Assembly (NCBI GenBank): GCA_964597235.1 | Contig: CAZQXQ010000001.1 | Coordinates: 1 to 62,419, forward strand | DNA: 62,419 nucleotides | Source: an uncultured Burkholderiaceae bacterium | GTDB lineage: Bacteria; Pseudomonadota; Gammaproteobacteria; Burkholderiales; Burkholderiaceae_C | Direction of reading: 5' to 3' | Part shown: piece after piece, positions 48,781 through 58,995 of the stretch | How positions within the stretch are numbered: the stretch's first letter is position 1 | Layout of the letters: each line of letters opens with the position of its first letter | The notes under the pieces: model-generated | Databases searched by the model: none | The model's input: only the letters and a program-made list of their open reading frames with translations | What the model was told of the DNA's origin: nothing | Position numbers and translations under genes: made by a program

Positions 48781-50976
48781 ATGTCTGCCCCAATCCACTC
48801 GCCTTCTCCTTCTGTGCAACCGGTTTTGGAGATGCTGGAATGGAACCGCGCTCCGGACATCTTCATGAATTCCTTGCATCCTGCCGACGAGCCTGTTTCC
48901 AAAGATCCATTCGCCTCTGTCTATCTGGACCGAGACCACAGCATTCTGGCTTTCAATGAACGCGTTTTCGATTGGGCGCTGCGTGACGACGTGCCCTTGC
49001 TAGAACGCCTGCGCTATCTGTGCATCGTTTCTTCCAACCTGGATGAACTTTTCGAAGTACGAATGGCGCCGCACATTACCGCTGCCCTGAATGGGGACAG
49101 CAAGGGGCCCTACACACAGGCCAGTTTTGAGGCCCTGTCACAAAAGATCCATGACCTTGTCGCGCGCCAATACGCTTTGTACAACGATGCCTTGATACCC
49201 GCCTTTGCACAGCATGGCATCCGGATTGTTTCCCATGGCGAACGCAACGAGGCCCAGCGGCGTTGGGCCCATGAATATTTCACCCGCGAAGTACGCCCTC
49301 TGTTGATTCCCATCGGACTGGATCCAGCCCATCCCTTTCCGCAGGTGGCCAACAAGTCACTGAATTTCATTGTCCGCCTGAAGGGACAGGATGCCTTTGG
49401 GCGTGAAAATGAGATTGCCATCGTCAAGGTGCCCCGAGCCTTGCCACGTCTGATTCGGATGCCCACCAAGATTTCCGCTGGAGAGGTCGCTTTCGTCAGC
49501 TTATCCAGTATTGTTCGTTCCCATCTGGAAGAGCTTTTTCCCGGCCGCGAAGTGACGGAGTTTTCTCAGTTTCGCGTGACTCGAAATTCGGACTTGGCGG
49601 TGGACGAGGAGGACGTTCGCAACTTGCGCATGGCCCTGCGCCAGGAGCTGCAGCATCGCCACTACGGCCAGGCGGTGCGGCTGGAAGTGTCTTCTGGTTG
49701 TTCGGAATTTCTCTCGGACTTCCTGCTTGCCCAGTTTGGTTTGCCGCCTGCGGCCCTGTACCGTGTCCAAGGGCCCGTTAACCTGGTGCGCCTGACGCAG
49801 CTGGTGGATTTGGTGAACAACCCTGCATTGTTGTTCCCAGCTTGGCGTCCCACTTGGCCCCGTCAGATCCAGGCCGGGGTCTCATTGTTTGAGCAAATTG
49901 CCAAGCGTGACATCCTGATGCACCAACCTTTCGAGAGCTTTGATGGAGTGCTTGCTTTCCTGCGCGAGGCCGTCAATGACCCACAGGTGTTGGTGATCAA
50001 ACAAACCATCTACCGTACAGGTGCCGATTCGGAAATGATGGCTTTGCTCAAGGAGGCTGTGCACCGGGGCAAGGAAGTCATGGCGGTGGTGGAGCTGAAG
50101 GCGCGTTTTGATGAGGAGGCCAACATCAATTGGGCGGAAGCCCTGGAGTCGGTTGGCGCCCAGGTGGTGTACGGCGTGGTCGGCTTGAAAACCCATGCCA
50201 AGATGTTGCTGGTGACGCGGCGGGAGGGGCGCGCCCTCAAGCGCTATGGCCATCTCTCGACAGGAAATTACAACGTTAAGACGGCCCGTCTTTACACCGA
50301 CCTGAGCTATCTCACGGCGGATGAAGCCATCACGGCGGACATGGATGGGGTCTTCAACCATTTGGCGAGCCAGAACCGTCCCCCCAGATTGCGTAAGCTG
50401 CTGCTGGCACCTTTTCATCTGCACCATCGCATGATTGAAAAAATCGAGGCGGTTGCCCAGGCGGCGTTGGAAGGGAAAGACGCACGGATCGTTCTCAAGA
50501 TGAATGCACTGACCGACCCTGAATTGATGCGTTCCCTGATCCGCGCAGGTCAAGCCGGCGCGCACATTGACCTGATCGTGCGAGGGGCCTGCATGCTGGC
50601 TGCTGAGGTACCGGGGATGACCGATAACATTCGTGTTCGTTCCGTGATTGGACGCTTCCTGGAGCACACCCGCGTGTTTTATTTCCGCGCTGGTACCCAT
50701 GAGGACGTGTATTTGTCCAGCGCTGACTGGATGAACCGAAACATGATGCGCCGTGTTGAACTGGCGTGGCCAGTGACCCAGCCCGATTTACGGCAGCAGA
50801 TCGTGGACGAATGTCTGGTGGCGTATCTGCATGATGATCGTGATGCTTGGCGTTTGCTTCCCGATGGTACCTACCAACGTGCCCCCAACCCTTTGACGGG
50901 CGCCAGTGCTCAAGCCGCCTTGATGGGGCGCTACAGCCCCGTTACCAGTCGCTCACCTGCACAAGGAAAAGTCTGA
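48781..50976 (+). CDS. ppk: polyphosphate kinase 1
   Basis: ATG 48781. FLNRDHSILAFNERV-type N-terminus (YLDRDHSILAFNERVF), two PLD-like HKD regions (GLKTHAKMLLV, RFLEHTRVFYF). About 731 aa. Confidence 0.95.
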   Translation: MSAPIHSPSPSVQPVLEMLEWNRAPDIFMNSLHPADEPVSKDPFASVYLDRDHSILAFNERVFDWALRDDVPLLERLRYLCIVSSNLDELFEVRMAPHITAALNGDSKGPYTQASFEALSQKIHDLVARQYALYNDALIPAFAQHGIRIVSHGERNEAQRRWAHEYFTREVRPLLIPIGLDPAHPFPQVANKSLNFIVRLKGQDAFGRENEIAIVKVPRALPRLIRMPTKISAGEVAFVSLSSIVRSHLEELFPGREVTEFSQFRVTRNSDLAVDEEDVRNLRMALRQELQHRHYGQAVRLEVSSGCSEFLSDFLLAQFGLPPAALYRVQGPVNLVRLTQLVDLVNNPALLFPAWRPTWPRQIQAGVSLFEQIAKRDILMHQPFESFDGVLAFLREAVNDPQVLVIKQTIYRTGADSEMMALLKEAVHRGKEVMAVVELKARFDEEANINWAEALESVGAQVVYGVVGLKTHAKMLLVTRREGRALKRYGHLSTGNYNVKTARLYTDLSYLTADEAITADMDGVFNHLASQNRPPRLRKLLLAPFHLHHRMIEKIEAVAQAALEGKDARIVLKMNALTDPELMRSLIRAGQAGAHIDLIVRGACMLAAEVPGMTDNIRVRSVIGRFLEHTRVFYFRAGTHEDVYLSSADWMNRNMMRRVELAWPVTQPDLRQQIVDECLVAYLHDDRDAWRLLPDGTYQRAPNPLTGASAQAALMGRYSPVTSRSPAQGKV

Positions 50977-51443
50977 TGGACCTGATTTTGTGGCGCCATG
51001 CCGAGGCATTCGACAACGAAGATGGCCTGATGGAAGACCTGGATCGGCCGTTGACCGTGCGAGGGGAAAAACAGGCAGCCCGAATGGCCATCTGGCTGAA
51101 TCCGCACTTGCCCCAGGGCCTGCGGGTTTTTGCAAGCCCCGCTCGCCGTACGGAGCAGACGGTTCAGGCTTTGGGGCGCAAGTACAAGCTGCGTGCGGAA
51201 CTGCTGCCTGATGGGCAAGGCTCGGACCTTCTGGGACTTGTCCAGTGGCCAAAGATGCAAGGCCCCGTGTTGGTGGTTGGCCACCAGCCGATGCTAGGCC
51301 AAGCCGTTTCACAAGCCCTGGGTCTGTCGAGCCCAGAATGCTCAGTGCGCAAAGGCGCGGTTTGGTGGTTGAGGCACCGGCACCGTTTGGACGCCGATCA
51401 GACCATTCTGGTCGCAGTGCAGTCACCAGAACTGCTCTCCTGA
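50976..51443 (+). CDS. histidine phosphatase superfamily protein, SixA-like
   Basis: ATG 50976 shares one nt with the ppk TGA. MDLILWRHAEA (RHG-type motif, RHA here), LTVRGEKQA, VVGHQP. 155 aa. Confidence 0.8.
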   Translation: MDLILWRHAEAFDNEDGLMEDLDRPLTVRGEKQAARMAIWLNPHLPQGLRVFASPARRTEQTVQALGRKYKLRAELLPDGQGSDLLGLVQWPKMQGPVLVVGHQPMLGQAVSQALGLSSPECSVRKGAVWWLRHRHRLDADQTILVAVQSPELLS

Positions 51444-51451
51444 ACTGCAGT

Positions 51452-51507
51452 GCGCCCCCTGCTGAGTGAGGGGCGCTTTGCAGGAGCCGAAGCCCCAGAG
51501 TGGGGCT
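51452..51507. terminator. two hairpins between convergent genes (possible bidirectional terminator region)
   Basis: gcgcccc(51452-58)/ggggcgc(51470-76)+ttt, and agcccca(51491-97)/tggggct(51501-07). The T-tracts are short. Confidence 0.4.
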
Positions 51508-51514
51508 GTATGGT

Positions 51515-51982
51515 TTACTTTTTGCCCGATTTGGCTTTCGTTTTTTCAGTCACTTCAGCGATTTTTTCGGACCGTGGACGTCCTGTTTTGATGGCGGGTA
51601 CAGCGCCCATCGCTTTTTTCAGCGCTGGATCAGACAGTCCCGACAAAAGTTTGATGCCGGCACGAAGCAGCTCGCTTTTCTTGGCAGGGTGTCCCAACTG
51701 GGCCGTGCGCTGCTTGAGCAAATCCAAGACCACATATTCGTCTTTGGGGATCGTGAAGCTGTCGCGTACCAGCTTGCTTTTTTTAACCTTCAGTTCTTTG
51801 TCATGGTGGTTCGCTGTCTGGCTGGGGGGGGCAGCGTCTGGTGCAGCAATCACGGCCGTCTCGGTGTCGGAAGGCTTGCGCACAGACCGTTTGGCAGCCA
51901 TGGGCTTTGCCGGTGTGGGGGGCACTGTTGCAGCGGGTGCGACGGCCGGAATCGCTTCGGATGGGGCAATGATTTCAGTCAT
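51515..51982 (-). CDS. hypothetical protein, Ala/Pro-rich N-half and basic C-half
   Basis: 155 aa. The C-terminal segment VRDSFTIPKDEYVVLDLLKQRTAQLGHPAKKSELLRAGIKLL looks like a ribbon-helix-helix-type fold. No family recognised. Confidence 0.5.
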   Translation of the reverse strand: MTEIIAPSEAIPAVAPAATVPPTPAKPMAAKRSVRKPSDTETAVIAAPDAAPPSQTANHHDKELKVKKSKLVRDSFTIPKDEYVVLDLLKQRTAQLGHPAKKSELLRAGIKLLSGLSDPALKKAMGAVPAIKTGRPRSEKIAEVTEKTKAKSGKK

Positions 51983-52026
51983 GAAATAAAACGATATAAA
52001 CGATTATTACAGTTTACTGGCCAATT

Positions 52027-53505
52027 TCACCGCGTGTCAACGGTCACTTCCCATGCGGTTTTCTGCCACGCCAGCATTTCTTCACGCAGCAGGTGGGCCG
52101 ACTGCGGGTATGCCTTTGACCAGCCTGACCGTGTTTGTAGCGCAAATTGACTGCCTTGGAATGCAAGGTCGATCCCTTCCAGGTCTGGCTCCCGGCGTGC
52201 ATGACACAAGGCCACGGCCAAGCGCAGGCACAGCAGTTGTTGCGCGAAGACAGCATCCTCCAGATCCGTATCGAGTTTCCGAACGCGGCCCTTCTGACCC
52301 AGTACCAGCATGCCCAGGCGATGAAGCTCTGGTACCGAGAAGCCTGCGATGTCTGTGTTGTCGAGGATATAGGCACCATGCACGTGGTAGTCGCTGTGGG
52401 AGATCTGACAGCCAATTTCATGCAGCGCCGCTGCCCACTCCAGTTTGCGCTGGAATGCAGGATCACTGTCAGGCATGAGTTGTTTGAACAGGGTCAGTGC
52501 GGTCTGCGCTACGCGCCTGGCCTGTGCGGTGTCCACCCCAAAACGCTGTTGCAGACTTTGGATGGTGCTTGCACGCAGGTCGGTTTCCGGGTGTTCTCGA
52601 TCCAGCAAATCGAAGATTGCTCCTTGGCGCAGCGCTCCTTGGGCGATATGCATCGTTTCGATCCCCAGCAGGTCAAAAACCGCACGTAAGACGCTCAAGC
52701 CACCGCCAATCACGGGGCGTCGTTCGTCTTTGAGGGCGTCAAGACGTACCTTGTCTGCACTTTGTGCGCGGAGCAGACGTTCATAAATCCAATCCAGGCC
52801 TGCCCGGGTAATTTTTCCCTCCGGTTCACCGGCTGCGGCCAGAATGTCACCAACCGCACCGACCGTCCCGGAGGCGCCATAGCAGATGTCCCAATCGCTT
52901 TTCCGGAAGCTGTTCAGAGCCTCGTCCAGCACTGCGGTGGCCGCAATTTCGGCAGCCAGGAATGCCTGGGGGGTGAACTGGCCGTCCGGGAAGTAGCGAC
53001 TGGACCATGCCACGCTTCCGACCCGGAACGAGGCCATTTCACCTGGCTTGAAGCGCTGTCCCAAAATGAATTCTGTAGAGCGTCCACCAATGTCAATCAC
53101 CAGTCGTCGCTCGCTGGACTGGGGCAGCAGACGCGAGACTCCCTGGTAAATCAGCCGCGCCTCTTCCGGGCCAGAGATGACATCGATGGGGTGTCCCAGG
53201 ATGGCGCTGCCTTTGGCGAGGAAAACGTCACGATTGCGCGCTTCGCGCAAAGTCTGGGTTGCTACCGCGCGCACTTGTGCTGTACCGAAGCCTTGCAAAC
53301 GCTCTCCAAAGCGGGCAAGACATGCCCAGCCGCGTTCCATGGCTTCCAGGGTGAGGTTGCGTTCTTCATCGAGTCCGTTGCCCTGTCGAACAGCTTCTTT
53401 CAGGTACTCCACTCGGTGGATATGGCCATGCTCGTAGCGTCCGATTTCAAGGCGAAAGCTGTTTGATCCGAGATCGACAGCGGCTAGCAGGGTTCCGTTT
53501 TGCAT
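52027..53505 (-). CDS. ppx: exopolyphosphatase (Ppx/GppA family)
   Basis: Start at the second ATG (MQNGTLLAAVDLGSNSFRLEI). DIGGRSTE, ASGT and HD-like C-terminal domain (HEIGCQISHSDYHVHGAYIL). Confidence 0.92.
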   Translation of the reverse strand: MQNGTLLAAVDLGSNSFRLEIGRYEHGHIHRVEYLKEAVRQGNGLDEERNLTLEAMERGWACLARFGERLQGFGTAQVRAVATQTLREARNRDVFLAKGSAILGHPIDVISGPEEARLIYQGVSRLLPQSSERRLVIDIGGRSTEFILGQRFKPGEMASFRVGSVAWSSRYFPDGQFTPQAFLAAEIAATAVLDEALNSFRKSDWDICYGASGTVGAVGDILAAAGEPEGKITRAGLDWIYERLLRAQSADKVRLDALKDERRPVIGGGLSVLRAVFDLLGIETMHIAQGALRQGAIFDLLDREHPETDLRASTIQSLQQRFGVDTAQARRVAQTALTLFKQLMPDSDPAFQRKLEWAAALHEIGCQISHSDYHVHGAYILDNTDIAGFSVPELHRLGMLVLGQKGRVRKLDTDLEDAVFAQQLLCLRLAVALCHARREPDLEGIDLAFQGSQFALQTRSGWSKAYPQSAHLLREEMLAWQKTAWEVTVDTR

Positions 53506-53625
53506 GGTGAATAGGTGAGGGAGCAACGTGCAGTAAAGGCTTTCAGGATAGCACTTCAATCGGGAGTTGATAAAAACGGTATATACCGTAAATTCTTTTG
53601 GTTACAGAACGATGACATGATTGTT

Positions 53626-53643
53626 TTGTCATTTTTCTGTCAC
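53626..53643 (+). promoter_or_regulatory. Pho box candidate in the ppx/pstS divergent intergenic region
   Basis: TTGTCATTTTTCTGTCAC: two TGTCA-type 7-nt half-sites spaced 11 nt apart (E. coli consensus CTGTCATA(A/T)A(A/T)CTGTCAC), about 50 nt upstream of the pstS ATG. Confidence 0.6.
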
Positions 53644-53692
53644 AGACGCTCTCTACAGTAGCGCTTGTTTTTAACCAAGAAAGGTTCCTGTC

Positions 53693-54733
53693 ATGAGCAA
53701 AATCTGGGCGCAAGTGTTGACAGCAAGTCTGTTTTCCGTGGGTACGCTGGGGGCTACATTCGCCCAGCAAGAGGTCACGGGGGCTGGTGCCACCTTCCCT
53801 GCACCCTTGTATGCCAAGTGGGCAGCGGAGTACAACAAGGAGACTGGTATCAGGGTGAATTACCAGTCCGTTGGCTCCGGCGCTGGTTTGCGCCAGATTG
53901 AAGCAAAGACCGTCGCGTTTGGTGCTTCCGATATGCCCCTCAAGGACGAAGATCTGGAGAAAAAAGGACTGATCCAGTTTCCAACGGTCATTGGCGGTGT
54001 AGTGCCTGTGGTCAACATCAAGGGCATGGCTCCTGGTCAGTTGAAACTGAGCGGTAAGCTCCTCGGTGATATCTACTTGGGAACGATTACGAAGTGGAAC
54101 GATCCTGCCATCAAGGCTATGAATCCCGATGTGCCACTGCCCGATGCAGACATTTCGATCGTCCGTCGTGCGGATGGCTCTGGCACCACCTTCATCTTTA
54201 CCAACTATCTCTCCAAGGTGAATCCGGACTGGAAGGCGAAGGTTGGTGAAGGCACTGCCGTCAACTGGCCTGCCGGTGCTGGTGGTAAGGGCAATGAAGG
54301 GGTTGCTGCCTACGTGGGTCGTCTGCCGAACTCGATTGGCTATGTGGAGTATGCCTATGTCAAGCAGAACAAGATGACCTACGTGCAGATGCAAAACGCC
54401 GCAGGTAAGTTTGTGAAGCCGGATGACGATGCCTTCAAGGCAGCCGCTGCAGGTGCAGTCTGGCCCAAGAGCTACTACTTGATTCTGACGAACCAGCCTG
54501 GCGACGCCACCTGGCCTATCACCAATCCCACCTTTATCCTGATGCACAAGTCCCAGGAAAAGCCGGTGGATGCCAAGACTTCCCTCAAGTTCTTTGATTG
54601 GGCTTTTAACAAGGGTGATTCGGTAGCGGCTGACCTCGACTATGTTCCGCTGCCCAAGGCAGTCAAGGACATGATCAAGAAATCCTGGGGTGAGATCAAG
54701 GACCAATCTGGCAAGCCTGTCGCTCTGAACTGA
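53693..54733 (+). CDS. pstS: phosphate ABC transporter substrate-binding protein
   Basis: 346 aa. Signal peptide, then [24 protein letters not shown] and RADGSGTTF motifs. Confidence 0.95.
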   Translation: MSKIWAQVLTASLFSVGTLGATFAQQEVTGAGATFPAPLYAKWAAEYNKETGIRVNYQSVGSGAGLRQIEAKTVAFGASDMPLKDEDLEKKGLIQFPTVIGGVVPVVNIKGMAPGQLKLSGKLLGDIYLGTITKWNDPAIKAMNPDVPLPDADISIVRRADGSGTTFIFTNYLSKVNPDWKAKVGEGTAVNWPAGAGGKGNEGVAAYVGRLPNSIGYVEYAYVKQNKMTYVQMQNAAGKFVKPDDDAFKAAAAGAVWPKSYYLILTNQPGDATWPITNPTFILMHKSQEKPVDAKTSLKFFDWAFNKGDSVAADLDYVPLPKAVKDMIKKSWGEIKDQSGKPVALN

Positions 54734-54756
54734 TCACTCTTTTAACGGGGCTTACC

Positions 54757-55821
54757 ATGGGTGGGTCCCGTTCTGGTCTGCAACTTCAAGGGCATCTTGT
54801 GTCTTCGCTACCCTTACCCTCAAAAAATGCTGCCGCCCCCTTTGTGGATGCGCGGCGAGTGACTCCGCCTGGCGCGAAGCCTCTGATCACAGGTCACATG
54901 GCTGACCGAATCTTCGGTTTCTTGGCGCGCTCTGCTGCAGTCCTGACGCTGTTGCTGCTGCTGGGAATTTTGTTTTCCCTAGTCCTGGGCGCTTGGCCTT
55001 CGATCCAGAAATATGGCCTGAGCTTCTTATGGCGCAGTGTCTGGGATCCCGTGCAGGATGAGTACGGTGGTCTGGTGATGATCTACGGCACCTTGGCCAC
55101 ATCCGCCATTGCCTTGCTGATTGCCGTGCCTGTGAGCTTTGGCATTGCCCTGTTCCTGACCGAGTTGTCGCCTGCTTGGTTGAAGCGTCCTTTGGGGACT
55201 GCAATTGAATTGCTGGCCGCTGTGCCCTCGATTGTGTATGGCATGTGGGGGCTGATGGTGTTTGGCCCGTTACTGGCCCAGTACGTGCAGCAACCTTTGC
55301 AGTCACTTTTGGGTGGTGTTCCGTACCTGGGGGCCTTGGTGTCTGGTCCCCCAGTCGGTATCGGCATTTTGTCTGCGGGTGTGATCCTGGCGATCATGAT
55401 CATCCCCTTCATCGCCTCGGTGATGCGGGACGTGTTTGAAGTCACTCCCCCCTTGCTCAAGGAGTCTGCTTACGGTCTGGGCTCAACCACTTGGGAGGTG
55501 ATGTGGAAAGTGGTCCTTCCGTTCACCAAGACGGGTGTGCTGGGCGGGATCATGTTGGGCTTGGGGCGTGCTCTGGGTGAGACCATGGCAGTAACCTTTG
55601 TGATTGGCAACATGAATCAGCTCAATTCCTTGTCGGTGTTCGAGGCTGCGAACAGCATCACATCGGCTTTGGCCAACGAATTCGCGGAGGCAGGCGAGGG
55701 CTTGCACCAGGCTTCCTTGATTTATTTGGGATTGGTTTTGTTCTTCATCACGTTTGTGGTGTTGTCGTTCTCCAAGGTCCTGCTGATGCGTTTGCAGAAA
55801 AATGAGGGAGCCCGTTCATGA
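54757..55821 (+). CDS. pstC: phosphate ABC transporter permease PstC (start uncertain)
   Basis: Core from ...[41 protein letters not shown] matches PstC, with the EAA-loop region [11 protein letters not shown]. Alternative starts are GTG ~54799 and ATG 54898. Confidence 0.9.
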   Translation: MGGSRSGLQLQGHLVSSLPLPSKNAAAPFVDARRVTPPGAKPLITGHMADRIFGFLARSAAVLTLLLLLGILFSLVLGAWPSIQKYGLSFLWRSVWDPVQDEYGGLVMIYGTLATSAIALLIAVPVSFGIALFLTELSPAWLKRPLGTAIELLAAVPSIVYGMWGLMVFGPLLAQYVQQPLQSLLGGVPYLGALVSGPPVGIGILSAGVILAIMIIPFIASVMRDVFEVTPPLLKESAYGLGSTTWEVMWKVVLPFTKTGVLGGIMLGLGRALGETMAVTFVIGNMNQLNSLSVFEAANSITSALANEFAEAGEGLHQASLIYLGLVLFFITFVVLSFSKVLLMRLQKNEGARS

Positions 55822-56705
55822 GCACCACAGCATCCAAGGGGTCGGTAACCCCAGAACTTCAAGTTCAACGCGCGGCACGCTACCAATCTCGCAAACGGAT
55901 GAACCAGTTGGCACTGGCACTTTCGCTCGCTGCGATGTGTTTTGGTGTTTTTTGGCTGATCTGGATTTTGTGGGAGACCGTTCGGCTGGGCGTAGGTGGG
56001 TTGAGCTTTGCCGTTTTCTCTGAAATGACGCCGCCGCCCAATGAAGAGGGCGGTGGTATTGCCAATGCACTGTTCGGCTCTTTACTGATGGTGATGTTAG
56101 CCACCTTTGTGGGGACTCCCATTGGGATCATGGCAGGTGTCTATCTTGCCGAGTACAACAACAAAGGCTGGTTAGCACCGACCGTGCGCTTTGTGAATGA
56201 CATTCTGCTGTCGGCCCCCAGCATCGTGATTGGTCTGTTTGTTTACGCGGTCGTGGTGGTCCGGATGCGGTCTTTCTCCGCACTCGCTGGCGTTTTTGCC
56301 TTGGCCCTGATCACCATTCCTGTGGTGATCCGCACCACCGAGAACATGTTGATGCTGGTTCCTGCCAGCTTGCGTGAGGCTGCCTATGCGCTGGGAACGC
56401 CCAAGTGGAAGGTGATCACTTTGGTGACCTTGCGTGCGGCCCGGGCTGGCGTGATCACCGGCGTACTGCTAGCGGTTGCCCGCATTGCTGGTGAAACGGC
56501 GCCCTTGCTCTTCACTGCGTTGAGCAACCAGTTCTGGAGTTCCGATATCACCAAACCCATGGCCAGTTTGCCCGTCACTATTTTCAAGTTCGCGATGAGC
56601 CCTTATGAAAATTGGCAGCAACTCGCATGGGCTGGAGTGTTCATCATCACATTGGCGGTATTGGGCCTCAATATCTTGGCTCGCGTGCTGACCCGTCAAA
56701 AATAA
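55818..56705 (+). CDS. pstA: phosphate ABC transporter permease PstA
   Basis: 295 aa. ATGA overlap with pst[17 protein letters not shown] and [14 protein letters not shown] motifs. Confidence 0.93.
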   Translation: MSTTASKGSVTPELQVQRAARYQSRKRMNQLALALSLAAMCFGVFWLIWILWETVRLGVGGLSFAVFSEMTPPPNEEGGGIANALFGSLLMVMLATFVGTPIGIMAGVYLAEYNNKGWLAPTVRFVNDILLSAPSIVIGLFVYAVVVVRMRSFSALAGVFALALITIPVVIRTTENMLMLVPASLREAAYALGTPKWKVITLVTLRAARAGVITGVLLAVARIAGETAPLLFTALSNQFWSSDITKPMASLPVTIFKFAMSPYENWQQLAWAGVFIITLAVLGLNILARVLTRQK

Positions 56706-56719
56706 ATTAGGAAGATTTC

Positions 56720-57505
56720 ATGCTTTCCAATCCCAATACCGCACAGAAGTCCCCCGCCAAAATTTCGGTGCGTGACCTGAATTTTTATTACGGGAAGTTC
56801 CACGCCCTCAAAGGCATCAACATGGACATCCCAGAGAACAAAGTCACGGCCTTCATTGGTCCGTCTGGGTGCGGTAAATCTACCTTGCTGCGCACCTTCA
56901 ATCGCATGTTCGAGTTGTATCCCGAGCAGCGCGCCGAAGGTCAGATCATCCTAGATGGCGAGAATCTGTTGACCAGCAAACAGGACGTTGCACTGATCCG
57001 AGCGAAGGTCGGCATGGTGTTTCAAAAGCCCACGCCGTTCCCGATGTCTATTTACGACAACATTGCGTTTGGTGTGAAGCTTTTTGAGAGCTTGAGCGCT
57101 TCTGAAATGGATGATCGTGTTGAATGGTCGTTGCGCAAGGCGGCTCTGTGGAACGAGGTCAAGGACAAATTGCATCAAAGCGGTTCCAGCCTTTCGGGTG
57201 GCCAGCAACAGCGTCTGTGCATTGCCCGTGGCATTGCCATCAAGCCTGAAGTGCTTTTGTTGGACGAGCCTTGCTCCGCTTTGGACCCTATCTCCACTGC
57301 CAAGGTGGAAGAGCTGATCGTGGAGCTCAAGGCCGATTACACCGTGGCCATTGTGACCCACAACATGCAACAGGCGGCCCGTTGCAGTGATTACACCGCT
57401 TACATGTACCTTGGTGATTTGGTGGAGTTTGGTGAAACCGAACAAATGTTTTTCAAGCCCCAGCGCAAGGAAACGGAAGATTACATTACCGGCCGTTTCG
57501 GCTAA
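56720..57505 (+). CDS. pstB: phosphate ABC transporter ATP-binding protein
   Basis: 261 aa. Walker [10 protein letters not shown], signature [13 protein letters not shown], Walker [12 protein letters not shown]. Confidence 0.97.
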   Translation: MLSNPNTAQKSPAKISVRDLNFYYGKFHALKGINMDIPENKVTAFIGPSGCGKSTLLRTFNRMFELYPEQRAEGQIILDGENLLTSKQDVALIRAKVGMVFQKPTPFPMSIYDNIAFGVKLFESLSASEMDDRVEWSLRKAALWNEVKDKLHQSGSSLSGGQQQRLCIARGIAIKPEVLLLDEPCSALDPISTAKVEELIVELKADYTVAIVTHNMQQAARCSDYTAYMYLGDLVEFGETEQMFFKPQRKETEDYITGRFG

Positions 57506-57517
57506 GGAGTCAGTGGG

Positions 57518-58219
57518 ATGCCAGATAAACATCTTTCATCGCAGTTTGATGCGGAATTGAATACCGTCTCTGCCAAGGTCATGGAACTGGGCGGGCTTGT
57601 CGAGTCAGAAATTGGCCAAGCCATTTATGCCTTGTCTCAATTCAGCCTGGAAGCCGTGGAGCAGGTGGCCGAGTTGGAGCAGCGTGTGAATGCCATGGAA
57701 GTTGAAATTGACCATGAGCTGTCTTCCATCATTGCCCGGCGTCAACCTACGGCCCGTGACCTGAGGTTGTTGGTCGCTTTTTCGAAGGCGACCGCCAACC
57801 TGGAGCGCATGGGCGACGAAGCCAACCGCATGGCCCGTATGGTCAAGTCGATCATTGAAAGCGGAGCCTCACGCCTCTTGCCAACCTCTGATTTGCGCGT
57901 GGCCGCCGATCTGGCTTCCGGCCTGCTGCGCAAGGCACTCGATGCTCTGGCACGTCTTGACACTCACGCGGCAGTTGCCATCCTGAAAGAGGATGATCTG
58001 ATCGACCGAGAATTTGATGGTTTCGTGCGTAAGCTGATCACCTACATGGTCGAAGACCCAAGAACCATCTCGGCAAGTCTGGATTTGCTGTTTTTGGCCA
58101 AGGCAATTGAGCGTATTGGTGACCACTCTAAAAATATTGCCGAGCTGATCATTTATTTGGTTAAGGGTAAAGATATCCGCCATTCAAGCCTGAACGACAT
58201 TGAGTCCAGTCTTCTCTGA
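57518..58219 (+). CDS. phoU: phosphate signalling complex protein PhoU
   Basis: 233 aa. Two PhoU repeats with (E/D)xxxD motifs (NLERMGDEANRMAR, AIERIGDHSKNIAE). Confidence 0.95.
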   Translation: MPDKHLSSQFDAELNTVSAKVMELGGLVESEIGQAIYALSQFSLEAVEQVAELEQRVNAMEVEIDHELSSIIARRQPTARDLRLLVAFSKATANLERMGDEANRMARMVKSIIESGASRLLPTSDLRVAADLASGLLRKALDALARLDTHAAVAILKEDDLIDREFDGFVRKLITYMVEDPRTISASLDLLFLAKAIERIGDHSKNIAELIIYLVKGKDIRHSSLNDIESSLL

Positions 58220-58232
58220 GCACCTATAGCGC

Positions 58233-58946
58233 ATGAAGAAAATTCCCCGTGTTTTGATTGTGGAGGATGAGTCTCCCATCGCTGAATTGATCGCAGTCAA
58301 TCTTCGGCACCATGGTTTTCAACCCATTTGGGCCGAAGACGGTGACTCTGCCCAACGGGAGCTTGAGACGTTGGTGCCAGATGTGATTCTTCTGGACTGG
58401 ATGCTCCCTGGACAGAGTGGTTTGTCTTTGGCGCGCAAATGGCGAGCCGACAGTCGAACCAAAGCCATTCCCATTTTGATGTTGACGGCTCGGGGCGATG
58501 AGCCAGACCGAATCGCAGGCCTGGATGCGGGTGCGGACGATTACATTACCAAGCCGTTTTCGACGCAGGAACTCATGGCTCGGATCCGTGCCGTGTTGCG
58601 TCGTCGGGCACCTGAAGAGATCAACGAGCGTGTGGAGATCGGAGGGTTAGTACTGGATGCGGCAACCTACCGTGTCACTTTTCAAGGCCAGCCTTTGAAG
58701 GCGGGACCGACCGAGTTCAAGCTGCTTCACTTTCTCATGAAGCATCCTGAGCGAGTCCACAGTCGTTCCCAGTTGCTGGACAGGGTCTGGGGCGACCATG
58801 TGTTCATTGAAGAGCGAACCGTCGATGTACACGTCAAGCGCCTTCGGGAAGCCTTGGGTGCTGCGGGAAGCATGATTGAAACGGTGCGTGGTGCTGGCTA
58901 TCGCTTCACTGCGCAACCCGAATCTTTGAAGCAGGCGGCACTTTGA
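58233..58946 (+). CDS. phoB: phosphate regulon response regulator
   Basis: 237 aa. Receiver domain (VLIVEDE, ILLDWMLPG, LTARG...DDYITKPF) + winged-helix OmpR/PhoB output (TVDVHVKRLR, RGAGYRF). Confidence 0.93.
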   Translation: MKKIPRVLIVEDESPIAELIAVNLRHHGFQPIWAEDGDSAQRELETLVPDVILLDWMLPGQSGLSLARKWRADSRTKAIPILMLTARGDEPDRIAGLDAGADDYITKPFSTQELMARIRAVLRRRAPEEINERVEIGGLVLDAATYRVTFQGQPLKAGPTEFKLLHFLMKHPERVHSRSQLLDRVWGDHVFIEERTVDVHVKRLREALGAAGSMIETVRGAGYRFTAQPESLKQAAL

Positions 58947-58995
58947 CTTCTCGCCACTGCGACTCGCACAGGATCTGTGCCTCCCCAAACTTGGA

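Noticed and set aside
53543-54706. 387-aa antisense ORF opposite pstS
   Set aside because: PstS on the plus strand is unambiguous. The antisense product has no signal peptide or recognisable motifs.
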